Part shown: positions 26,425 through 39,092 of the stretch, piece by piece
Position numbering within the stretch: the first letter of the stretch is position 1
Layout of the letters: every line of letters starts with the position of its first letter
NCBI GenBank assembly: GCA_964016885.1
Contig: OZ024752.1
Location: 11,284,001-11,348,000, forward strand
From: Eledone cirrhosa
Taxonomy: Eukaryota
Direction of reading: 5' to 3'
Length of the DNA stretch: 64,000 nucleotides
Notes under the pieces: generated by a model
The model's database searches: none
What the model was told of the DNA's origin: nothing
The model's input: the letters and a program-made list of their open reading frames with translations, nothing else
Made by a program: the position numbers and the translations under genes

Positions 26425-27183
26425 TTAAAAAGAATTCTATTGAATAATGTAATCGTAGAAGTGCTATCTTTGAATAAAAGACGAGATAATCGTGATTGAA
26501 ACAGATTTGATCATATTTCATCTGAATTAGGATAGAGAGTAAGATAAATAACAATCGCGACAAGTAGCTAGTGTAACGGGAATATGTTTTCCAACGAAAT
26601 TTATGCTGACTTTTGATTGACTATCTCTAGATTAAATCAACATAATCAGACTTAAGAATGAACCATCACGTCTATACCAATTTCGATTGGTCAAAATTTG
26701 ACACTTTCATATTCGAATCTGTTTGTTCTTATGTTGAATCCGTGTTTCGCTCCAAAGATTTTGATCAGCTTTCTCTATATTGAGTCTGCTCGATTTCATC
26801 AAAACGAACGGCCACCCGCCATTGATAATTCCATAGCAATAACTGCAAATTTTATTATCGAATGATGAAAGCTTTCATTGACTTCTCTAAATAACCAAGA
26901 AAGATTTGTGGCGAATCCCAGCAAATTCTGAAATTAAATCCCATTTTTTCTTGATTATACGGCTGTGATCTCCATAATAGCCAGTAATAAACTATTCAAT
27001 GGTACCAATTTTAGTTTGGACGCTATTATCGTATTGCACGACTGGCAGATTTAACTTTGAACTATATTATTCGATCGAAGAATGTATATTGAACAATCAA
27101 TGCTAGAAAGAGAATACTGTAAGGAAGAGGGACTAGAAGAGACTGAGAGAAATGAAAGGGGATTAAAGAGAGAGAAAGAGAGA

Positions 27184-27215
<32 letters not shown>

Positions 27216-28181
27216 AATGGAAGGGGATTAAAGAGAGAGAAAGAGAGTGTGTGTGTATGTGTGTGGGTGGGGGTGGGGGTGGGGGTGGGGTGAGAGAGGA
27301 ATAGAAGGGGATTAAAGAGAGTGAAAGAGAGTGTGTGTGTGTGAGTGAGTGAGTGAGTGAGAGAGAGAAGAATGTGTGTGTATGTGAAAGACAGGGAGAG
27401 AGAATGATACTATGAGAGTGACAGAAAGTGAGGTAGGGTGCGTGTAAGGGGGGAAAGAGACAGAGAGATAGTGCGTGTAAGGGAGGGAAAGAGACAATGA
27501 TATAGATAGGGTGTTGTAAGGGGGGGGGGTCAATGAGAGAGATATTATGAGAGTGGGAGAACGAGAGATAGTGTGTCTGAGAGAGATAGAGTGCGTGTAA
27601 GAGAGGGAAAGAGACAATGAGAGAGATATTATGAGAATGAGAGAAATATGAAGAGAAATTAGTGTAAATATGAGAGAGAGGGCAAAATAAAAGTTAGGCG
27701 TCAGATAGAGAATAATGATTTCAAAGAATCGGTTGTTGAGTGTAGCAATAAACAGAGCTGAAGAGAAGAGAAAATGGCTAAATCAAATCAGGACGAAAGC
27801 AAAGGGAAAATTAAATGAAAAATGAAAAGTTGCAACCGAAATATTCGAGATATCGATTAAATCTCGAAATATTGATCACACTTACGGGGATAATACGAAT
27901 TTTGAGCAATTAAAAAATACGATACGTTTCAAAATAAAAACATTCCGAATAGTTTTAATTATATTATAGAGAAATGATATTGGAGATGACAGAAGTTTGC
28001 AAGGAAGAGTTGAGGGCAACAAAGACATGTATTGTAAAGAGGTGTGTGTGTGTGTGTGTTTGTGTGGACGGAAGAGGGGTGTGTTTGTGTGAGTGTGTGT
28101 GGACGAAGAAGGTGTGAGTCCTTTGATTGTGAGGGTGGTGGTGAATGTGTATGTGTGTTTAGATGTGTATGTGTTTAGATA

Positions 28182-28214
<33 letters not shown>

Positions 28215-28395
28215 CTGTGTGTGTGTATGGACGAAAGAAAAGGAAAGAGTCCGCTGACTGTGTTGGTGGGGTGTGAATGTGTGTTTAGATGTGTGTGTGT
28301 GTGTGTGTGTATGGACGAAAAAAAAGGAAAGAGTCCGTTGAGTGTGTTGGTGGGGTGTGAATGTGTGTTTAGATGTGTGTGTGTGTGTTTAGATA

Positions 28396-28431
<36 letters not shown>

Positions 28432-29228
28432 GACGAAAGAGAAGGAGAGAGAGAGTTGAATATATGGGGGGATGGTGAGTGTGTATGAGTGTTTAGATAT
28501 GTATGAGTGTTTAGGTGTGTATGTGTACATGCAAGAATAGAAGCGAGAAATAGAAAGAGAGTTTGTTATAAAAAAAAAAAATTGATTGAAGATAGTTGAA
28601 AAGGAGAAATTCTGGTGATGTAGTGGGTGGTTGAGATGGGGATGCTTGGTGAGAAATATTAACGCTGAAAACGGACTGTCATATAAAAGAGAAACTTGCA
28701 GCAGGTGAATAGATGCACTTAGACAGTAATAATATTCAAAGAATGTATAGAAAATAGAAATTGACAAAGATTTTTAAAAAAAGGGTCAGTGATGAGATGT
28801 GTTTAGAATAGAAAATAGAAAAAGCTGGCAAGGTTCTTGTTAATGGTTTTCGAACACAAAGATTTAATCCAACTGATCTTTGACCAAACTTCCATCCTTC
28901 ACAAACGTCACATTTTCACACACAATGTATGTAGAATAATTGTTTCTACTTTTTGGCACGAGGCCAACAATAACCCAGTACATTACTGGTACTTTATTTT
29001 ATCGACCCCGTAAGGATGAAAGGCAAAGTTAACCAGCCTGTCATTCAATTTTCTTTAATATTAAGGCGTAGATTGTTGGAAATGGCTGCTATTTCATCTA
29101 CTTGTCACCCACATTGTGGATTGTCTCTCTCTCTGTTGACGACTGGCCATTTATCTCTGTCCTCTGAGGCATTTTTGCTCATAGCTATCTTGAATGAATG
29201 TGAATATTCAGTTTATGATAAAAGTAAT

Positions 29229-29421
29229 CAGATCTGTTCTTTCTCCCCGTCCTACGGGGAGATGTCAACCATTTTGGGGTGTGTGAAAGATGTCTTCACT
29301 TGTGAAAATGTGTATAGCTTTCATTATGTAAAATCTCCCGATTTTGCCTCATTTCTACCCGTTTTGGGGCACCTTCTTTCATGGTACTCCCGGTTTGGAT
29401 ATTTAGAGTTTGGCAGGTCTG
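29229..29421. mobile_element. MITE with CAGA(C/T)CTG termini and 7-bp TSD
   Basis: Flanked by aagtaat at 29222-29228 and 29422-29428. Confidence 0.8.
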
Positions 29422-29964
29422 AAGTAATGCCTGTTTCAATATAGATAAATTCGACATAAAACGAACTCATAAAATCTGAATACGTGCAGCAGAATGTCAG
29501 AATTGAAACATTCTCTTGAACAAGAATCCTCAAACCTCCAGGCAGTAGAAAGTAATTCAGATAATCAGTATAACATATATATTTCAATGTAACCATAAAA
29601 TAGTAAATTATATGAATCAACCTGTTACAAAGGACATAGAGACGTGAGACCTTCAAGCCAGCTGAAGATACGTTTACAAAAAAGAACGATTGCAGTACAT
29701 TACAATACAGAAAACAAAACACAGCTACATTGTAAAAAGACATTTGCTGTTAACAAAACCATCCTAAATCGAATTCCATGAAATATTAGATTAACAATGA
29801 ATGCTAACAAAATACAAAGCAACATTTAACACATGTACACATCTATGCTGGTGCCACGAAAAAAGCATCCAGTACATCCGTTTAAGTTGCAGTGGTGACA
29901 CCACAAGGAAACGTTCAAAGTGTAACTACGTCATGTTAAACGTAATATATATAATATATATATA

Positions 29965-30064
29965 CAGGGCGTCTCCAGAAAAGGTATACACTCTTTGATG
30001 ACCGGTACAGGCAAAATTTATTAGAGAGCTGTTGAAGTGTGTATATATTTTTTTGGACACCCTC
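29965..30064. mobile_element. Tc1/mariner-type MITE
   Basis: TA|CAGGGCGTCTCCAGAAAAGGTATACAC ... GTGTATATATTTTTTTGGACACCCTC|TA. Confidence 0.65.
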
Positions 30065-30073
30065 TATATATAT

Positions 30074-30271
30074 GAAAATAGTCAGGACCCCAACGGCTGA
30101 GTTCCGGCCGTTTTGACAGCTAGATCCGAACGTTCGGATCTAGCTGTCGAAACGGCCGGAGCTCAGCCGTCGTGGTCCTGACTCTTTTCCTATTACCCAC
30201 TCTACTACCCTAAGTATTGAGTACTCTGGTGCCTTGTGGTCCACCTGGAATCTTACCACACTTTCTTTGTT
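30074..30271 (+). mobile_element. Family A fold-back element
   Basis: Palindrome centred on gacagctagatccgaa-cg-ttcggatctagctgtc; GAGTACT at 30219. Confidence 0.7.
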
Positions 30272-30589
30272 ATATATAAACACAATACTAATAGTAATAA
30301 TAAAAAAGGGACGATTTGTCTGGTCTTCTTTACGTAATGAGGACATAACAATCGTCCTTTTTATTATTATTATTGAGTTCAAATCCCGCCAAGGTTAACT
30401 TTGCCTTTCATCGTAACGGGGTCGATAAAATAAAGTATCAGTAATGTGCTGGGTAATTGATGGCCTTGTGCCAAAAGTAGAAACAATTATTATTATTACA
30501 TTCTGCTTAGTGCTACACCTCAATACTTACTGGAAACTACACGTCGAGTGGTCACTCCGGTGACCCTACAGTCTGGAAGTTACAATCCC

Positions 30590-30665
<76 letters not shown>

Positions 30666-30922
30666 GAAAAATAAAATAAAAATAGAAGATCGATGCATAA
30701 TTAGTTCATTGTTTTACGATCGTTTCAGAGTGTTGATGCATCATGGTACATTGATATATATTGACTGGAAGGTTGAGGTTATATGACCAGCTATTTCTAG
30801 TCTCCATATACCTGATCCGACACACAGAATTCCTCAGAAACAATCAAATACAACTATATGAGAATTTGTGTGTGTTAGTCTGTGTGTGGTGTGGGGGGGG
30901 TCTCTCTCTCTCTCTTATATAC

Positions 30923-30956
<34 letters not shown>

Positions 30957-31333
30957 ATACATATACATATATATATACATGTATATATATCCATATATAT
31001 ATATATATCCATATATACACATGTATGTGTATATATATATAACAAACAAATGATAGTTACATATGTGTGTGTGTGTATATATATATATGTGTGTGTGTGT
31101 GTGTGAACTAAACATATATACACATGTATGTGTATATATATATAACAAACAAATGATAGTTACTTTAGATCATCTTTAATTGTTTTATTATATATATATA
31201 TTTCAAAAATGGAAGGCTTATGTATATATACACAGATATATATATATATATATATATACATAGATAGATATATATATATCTATGTATATATACATAGATA
31301 TATAGATATATATATCCATGTATATATACATAG

Positions 31334-31376
<43 letters not shown>

Positions 31377-31452
31377 GATATATATATACCTTCTTTTTCG
31401 GCCGAATTTACACTCGCAAATTATATATATATATATAGTTTTAATATAGATG

Positions 31453-31503
31453 AGATTCTACAGGACTAGAACTGTTTCATTCATTAGAAATCATCAGGAA
31501 TCT
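31453..31503 (-). ncRNA. Type-I hammerhead ribozyme (family B)
   Basis: Exact reverse complement of 33430-33480. Confidence 0.8.
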
Positions 31504-31911
31504 GGGTATCAAAAAATAAATATGGTATTTATAGGTCTCTACAAGTGGTAGGAGAGGGTGGGGAGTGGGATGGGTGCAGGTCATTGGTTGATAGAAAAGG
31601 GAATTCATTAAAAGCTAATTCTACAAAGCTATAGTTAATTTTTATTTTTATTTATATTTATTTATGTTTTTATGTATATGATTGTGTGGGCAGGTGTGTG
31701 TATATATATATATGTATATATGTATATATATATATATATATATGTGTATATATATATATGTGTATATATATATATATATATGTACATATGTATATATATG
31801 TATATATATGTGTAAGTGTGTGTATTTGTATGTATATATGTATATGCGTGTATGTGTGTGTGTGTATATGTATTATATGAATGTGAGTATATATATATAT
31901 ATGTATGTATA

Positions 31912-31954
<43 letters not shown>

Positions 31955-31967
31955 ATATGTATATATA

Positions 31968-32056
<89 letters not shown>

Positions 32057-32203
32057 GTATATATATATGTATCTATATGTATATATATATATATATATAT
32101 GTGTATGTATATGTGTGTGTATATGTGCGTTATATGTCTGTATATATATATGTGTATATTTATGTATAGGTCTGTGTATGTATGTGTATGTTTGTGTTTG
32201 TAT

Positions 32204-32239
<36 letters not shown>

Positions 32240-32257
32240 TTGTATGTGTGTGTATAG

Positions 32258-32291
<34 letters not shown>

Positions 32292-32346
32292 GTATGTATG
32301 TGTATGTATATATATGTGTATATATATATGTATATATATATATATA

Positions 32347-32381
<35 letters not shown>

Positions 32382-32510
32382 GTGTGTATGTGTGTGTGTA
32401 TAGATATTTATACATATGTATACTCGTGTTTGTTTGTATGCGTGTGAGTGTATTTATTTGTGTATATATATGTGTGTGTGTGTTTATGTATGTGTATGTG
32501 TGTGTGTATC

Positions 32511-32572
<62 letters not shown>

Positions 32573-32630
32573 CGTATATATGTGTGTGTGTGTGTATGTG
32601 TGTATATGTATATTTGTATATATATATATG

Positions 32631-32663
<33 letters not shown>

Positions 32664-32678
32664 GTATATATATGTATA

Positions 32679-32713
<35 letters not shown>

Positions 32714-33429
32714 GTGCGTATGTATATGTGTATATGTATTATATATGTATGTATGTTTGTATGTGTGTATGTATGTGTGTGTACATGAATATATATTTAT
32801 ATATTTTTTATATATGTGTGTGTGTTTTTATGTGTGTATATGTGTTTGTGTGTGTGTTTATGGTTTGCGCGTAAGTGTGTGAGTGAGTATGTGTGTTTTT
32901 TTGTTTTTTATGTGTGTTTTTTTGTTTTTCTGTTTTTTTGTTTTTTTGTTTTTTTGTTTTTTTGTGAATGTGTCTGTTGATTTTGGCATATTGTTGATTC
33001 GTTTAAGAGAAGTTCGAAGATAATAGTAAGATATGCACTCAGTATTTTGAATCTGTCTGCAGAATTCTCTAGACCTTTGTCACTTAGTAGAACCTTAATG
33101 ACTTTAGCTTTTAAAGAATCTCCTTTTTCTTTAATTCTATCGAGCATGACTGACCCCCCACTGATTTTATAGACATCTGTTAGCTTAAGAGAAACTTATT
33201 GACAAGGAATGGTATGCCATCCGGAACCTGTTTATAGAATTCTGTCTGCCTTTGTTACTCTAAAAACATAAATAAATATAAATAAAAATAAAAATTAACT
33301 ATAGCTTTGTAGAATTAGCTTTTAATGAATTCCCTTTTCTATCAACCAATGACCTGCACCCATCCCACTCCCCACCCTCTCCTACCACTTGTAGAGACCT
33401 ATAAATACCATATTTATTTTTTGATACCC

Positions 33430-33480
33430 AGATTCCTGATGATTTCTAATGAATGAAACAGTTCTAGTCCTGTAGAATCT
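33430..33480 (+). ncRNA. Type-I hammerhead ribozyme (family B)
   Basis: agattc CTGATGA t-ttc-taat-gaa-t GAAA cag-ttctagtc-ctg TA gaatct. Confidence 0.8.
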
Positions 33481-33606
33481 CATCTATATTAAAACTGTTA
33501 TACTCTGCTATGTATTGAGTACCTTACTTACTGTGGTTACCTCCGATTCAACCCGGAATAACGTATATATATATATATATATATATATCTGTATGTGTAT
33601 GTGTAC

Positions 33607-33638
<32 letters not shown>

Positions 33639-33672
33639 CTGTATGTGTATGTGTACATGTATGTGTGTGTAC

Positions 33673-33704
<32 letters not shown>

Positions 33705-33770
33705 ATGTGTACATGTATGTGTGTGTACATATATATATATATATATGTGTGTGTACATATGTGTGTGTAA

Positions 33771-33801
<31 letters not shown>

Positions 33802-33933
33802 AACTAAACATATATACACATGTATGTGTATATATATATAACAAACAAATGATAGTTACTTTAGATCATCATTAATTATTTTATTATATATATATATATA
33901 TTTCAAAAATGGAAGGCTTATGTATATATACAC

Positions 33934-34130
<197 letters not shown>

Positions 34131-34165
34131 GATATATAGATATATATATCCATGTATATATACAT

Positions 34166-34212
<47 letters not shown>

Positions 34213-34245
34213 GATATATAGATATATATATCCATGTATATATAC

Positions 34246-34294
<49 letters not shown>

Positions 34295-34349
34295 GATGTA
34301 TATAGATATATAGATATATACCTTCTTTTTCGGCCGAATTTACACTCGC

Positions 34350-34390
<41 letters not shown>

Positions 34391-35251
34391 GTATGTGTAT
34401 GTGTAGATGTGTGTGTGTGTGTGTACATATATATATATGTGCGTGTGTGTACATGTGTGTTTGGGTGTACATATGTGTGTGTGTCTGTGTGTGTGTGAAC
34501 TAAACCTACATATTTAGAAGTAGCAATAACAGGATTTCATCGATAATTGCTATTTGTTGGACCAGAAAAAGCAACTAACAAAAACCAGTTGAAGCGTTTG
34601 TGTGATTGCTCAGCATACCGGACTCTGCTACTGACGTCTATAATTAACTGAAGCAGAGACTGTTATTGACGAACACATCATAATATTATGTTCTATACTT
34701 CTAATACCAATACTTACAACGCTACCAACAACAGGAACAACTACTATTATATGCCTAGAAGTAGGAGAGCCAGCCAAACAAAACGTAGGCATTTGTTATA
34801 TAATAATTTCTGTTGATATCAGGTTTAAACTGAACGACATATTTCTGACTGTTTTAGGGATTACTAGTGCATGTATTAGTAGTTGTATTGGTTCTGCGAT
34901 TAGTAGTTGTATTGGTGCTACGTTTAGTAGTTGTTGTAGTGGCGGTGGTAGTAGTGGCTGTATAATAAGAAAGGTTTTAGTACAATTGAAATGGTGATTG
35001 CGTTGCATGTTTTACTTTGGTGAAAGCTGTATTTAGGATTATGTGGTGGTTGTAGTAGTTGTAGTAGTAGTAGTTGTTGTTGTTGGTGTAGTAGAAGTTG
35101 TAGTGATGCTACCATTACTAGTTGTAGTGGTGTTATGTAGTTGTAGTGGTGCTGCGATTAGTAGTTGTAGTGGTGGCGGTCGTAAGAAAGGTTTTAGTAC
35201 AATTGAATTGGTGATCGTCGTTGCATTTTCTACTCTTGGTGAAAGCTGGTT

Positions 35252-35683
35252 TTAGGATGAGGTGGTAGTAGTAGTGGCAGAAGCTGTAGTAGTAGTAGTA
35301 GCAGCTGTAGTAGTAGTAGTTGTTGGTGTAGTAATAGTAGTTGTAGTAGTACTAGTCATAGTAGTAGTGATAGTAGTAGTAATATTAATAGTAGTAGTAG
35401 TAATAGTATCACTAGTAGTAGTAGTCGTAGTAGTAGCAGCAGCAGCTCTAGTTGTATTAGTAATAGTAGTCGTAGCAACTGTAGTAGTAGTAGCAGAAAC
35501 AATTGTAGTGGTGGTGGTAGTAATAGTAGCAGAAACAATTGTAGTGGTGGTGGTAGTAGTAGTAGCAGAAACAATTGTAGTGGTGGTGGTAGTAGTAGTA
35601 GCAGAAACAATTGTAGTAGTGGTGGTAGCAGTAGTAGCAGAAACAATTGTAGTAGTGGTAGTAGCAGTAGTAGTACCAGAACC

Positions 35684-35732
<49 letters not shown>

Positions 35733-35736
35733 TTTG
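35252..35736 (-). CDS. Candidate Thr-rich mucin-like exon
   Basis: Strong acceptor tttctttctttcttctctctag followed by about 160 open codons of Thr-rich sequence with five 36-bp TIVSATTTTTTT units; stop at 35252; partner exons not identified. Confidence 0.4.
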
Positions 35737-36551
35737 CTAGAGAGAAGAAAGAAAGAAATACTATGTTTAAGCTTTCCAAAGTCCTTCACTAAATATTCTT
35801 TGTTGTTTTCCGGGTTATTTTCTCTCTAATATATTCTATAATTCTTTTTTATCAACGAAGTGTATAAAAACAGTCACGAATTGCCACTGTATTCCTGTCG
35901 GGCTTTCCAATCCACCGCGTTGCTTATCTTTCCAATTTTATACAGATTTACATAATGTAAGAATTGTCTGATTAATTGCATTTACATAATTTTCAAACTC
36001 AGTACACATGATTGTATGGATATATACTGGAGTATGGATGTATTCCTGGCATTTAAGCTGGCTCTGGTAGGACAAACATTGGAGTTCTCTGCCACATTGG
36101 ATTACTGATCAAATAATAAACTTGATCTCCCATTCTAAAATTACCCACAATGAGGCACCGGTTGGTATACAAACATACAGAATAACATGTAATGAAATAT
36201 TGGGCCACACATGATGTTTACTTAATCTACTCTGCTTGGTCCACATTCGAGCACTGATTTATATTAAGGTACTTACACACATACATGCATACATATATAC
36301 ACGCATCTTCTTGGCTGCAAACTCTGCTAAGTGTATTACAATCGCTTCTAAGCTTATAGAGTTTGGTGCATTATTAGGCTACGGCCAGCCACACGAACCT
36401 GTAGCATATCCTGAACAAGTAATGCCCGGGATTTAAAGTTTTTTTTTGTAAGTGGGGAAAGGCCTTGCACTCGACCAATCCCACTCTCTGAGCATCGAAA
36501 AGACTACCTGAAAAGGAGAACTGGTCAACATCATCGGATGCTTCCGAAGCC

Positions 36552-37310
36552 ACATACATACATGCCTACGTACATACATGCCTACGTACATACATGCCTA
36601 CGTGCATACATGCGTATGTACATACATGCCTACGTACATACATGCCTATGTACATACATGCCTACGTACATACATGCCTATGTACATACATGCCTACGTA
36701 CATACATGCCTACGTACATACATGCCTACGTACATACATGCCTACGTACATACATGCCTACGTGCATACATGCGTATGTACATACATGCCTACGTACATA
36801 CATGCCTACGTACATACATGCCTATGTACATACATGCCTACGTACATACATGCCTACGTACATACATGCGTATGTACATACATGCCTACGTACATACATG
36901 CCTACGTACATACATGCGTATGTACATACATGCCTACGTACATACATGCCTATGTACATACATGCCTACGTACATACATGCCTACGTACATACATGCGTA
37001 TGTACATACATGCCTACGTACATACATGCCTACGTACATACATGCCTACGTACATACATGCCTATGTACATACATGCGTATGTACATACATGCCTACGTA
37101 CATACATGCCTACGTACATACATGCCTATGTACATACATGCCTATGTACATACATGCCTACGTACATACATGCCTACGTACATACATGCCTACGTACATA
37201 CATGCCTATGTACATACATGCCTACGTACATACATGCCTATGTACATACATGCCTACGTACATACATGCCTATGTACATACATGCCTATGTACATACATG
37301 CCTACGTACA
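36552..37310. repeat. 16-bp minisatellite (catacatgcctacgta), about 47 copies
   Basis: Visible directly; derived from (CATA)n. Confidence 0.97.
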
Positions 37311-37605
37311 AATCTTGAGAAGCTGGGTTTCACAAAAACAGAAAGAACCCGACTAGTTAGGAAATTACAAGTACGATCCCATTAATGGGACAGGAAAAAT
37401 ACGTAAGACATTCCAACAATTCTGCATCTAATAACTGCATATACACATGTACAGATACAAAACATAAACATATACACACATACAACTCAAAACATCCACA
37501 TCCACACATACAATAACATCCGTATTAAAGAGTATTGTATCTATATTAGAAACCGACATTCCCTATTGGCAAAATATATATAAAATTATAAAACCAGAAG
37601 AACAT
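37310..37605 (+). mobile_element. R4/NeSL-like non-LTR element, extreme 3' fragment
   Basis: NLEKLGFTKTERTRLVRKLQ..GTGKIRKTF resembles the C-terminus at 38490-38589; ends in (CATA)n. Confidence 0.6.
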
Positions 37606-37719
37606 GCATACCTACATACATACCTACATATATACATACCTACATACATACATACATACATACCTACATACCTACATACATATATACATACGTACCATCT
37701 TGCCCAGGTGTATGCAACC

Positions 37720-38685
37720 ATCTTGCCCAGGTTTATGAGCATGAAAAAAAAATATATCATTAGAATAGCGACTGATCTGGAGGAGAGATATGGAATAAAG
37801 CCTGATATAAATCTCTCACCCAGAGAAATCGGAAGATCCTATTCAATGTTCAAACAAGATGAACAAATTGACCAATTTACAGAAAAAGTTGTGCATGGAT
37901 ACTTGAGACGTAAAACACAGACCATAGAAGGGATAAACCACTGAAAAATCCTGGTATGGAGTTCCGACAAGTTTATGACATCACACCTTGAGGGATATCT
38001 CTATGCAATACAGGAACAAGAACTCCCCACCAAATATCTGCTGCACAAAAGGGGAGGGCCATCAGCTGACAATAAATGTAGGCTATGTAAAACAAAGATC
38101 GAGGATGTAAGCCACATTGTTGCCAGCTGCGAAAGAATGTCATCTATCTACTACCTCCCCATGAGACACGATGGGATAGCTAGAATCATCTGGAACGCAC
38201 TTCGGAAAACAAAATTAACAACAAACGAGGAAGAATATATTGAGACAGATGGCACTAAGGAATACTGGTGGAACCTGAAAATAAAAACTGCCACCAAATT
38301 AAAGCACAACCGGCCTGATATTGTTGTTTGGGACCTCACATTGAAAACGTGTTCTGTTGTGGAGATCAGCTGCCCACTTGATGTAAATGTTGTCAGAAAA
38401 ATACAGGAGAAGGGGGATATCTACGGACCATTGATGAGGAGTTTACAAATCCAGTATCCAAGATACACCCATCATTATTGGACCAATGTATGACTGAACT
38501 TGGTTTTGCGGGCAAAGAGCGCAGCTCACTAATTCATAGGCACCTTATCGATAGCTGGTACCTTCAAAATTTGCAAAACATTCTTGTGATTCAAGGGATG
38601 ACAATTTCTTTTCTTTTTTAATCTTGCCACCAGGAAGGTGGCCCAGTCAAAAAAATATACTCGAAATTAAGAGAAAGAGATAACA
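37720..38685 (+). mobile_element. R4/NeSL-like RLE non-LTR retrotransposon, 5'-truncated and decayed
   Basis: EGYLYAIQEQ, CCHC knuckle CRLC..E...HIVASC, RHD, and PDIVVWD...VVEISCP endonuclease motif; stop at 37942 and a deletion near 38470; flanked by (CATA)n; 3' end recurs at 41354-41445 and 41477-41530. Confidence 0.85.
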
Positions 38686-38841
38686 TATACATACATACAT
38701 ACATATACATACATACATACATATATACATACATACATGCATACATATACATACGTATGTGCATACATACATACACACATACACACCCATCCATACATAC
38801 ATACCTACCTACCTAGACACACACACACATACATACATACA

Positions 38842-38923
38842 TGATGGCTGCCCCCTCGTTATCGAGTATGGCCATTGCACAATAAAAAAAAAAAAAAATA
38901 AAAAAAAAAAATAAAAAAAAAAA

Positions 38924-38978
<55 letters not shown>

Positions 38979-39054
38979 GCAATAATAATAATAACGACAA
39001 CAACAATAATATACATATTCATATATATATACACACACACGCACGCACATAAGC

Positions 39055-39092
<38 letters not shown>

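Larger units (their letters stand above)
31438..33563 (+). mobile_element. Family B Penelope-like element with inverted ~235-bp pLTR arms and a 3' extension
   Basis: 31438-31672 is an essentially perfect inverted copy of 33261-33496; the right arm continues about 67 bp to a TA tract; each arm contains a hammerhead. Confidence 0.75.

Noticed and set aside
29440-29743. Hydrophobic 139-aa ORF
   Set aside because: Composition explained by a T-rich strand; runs into a MITE; no recognisable motif
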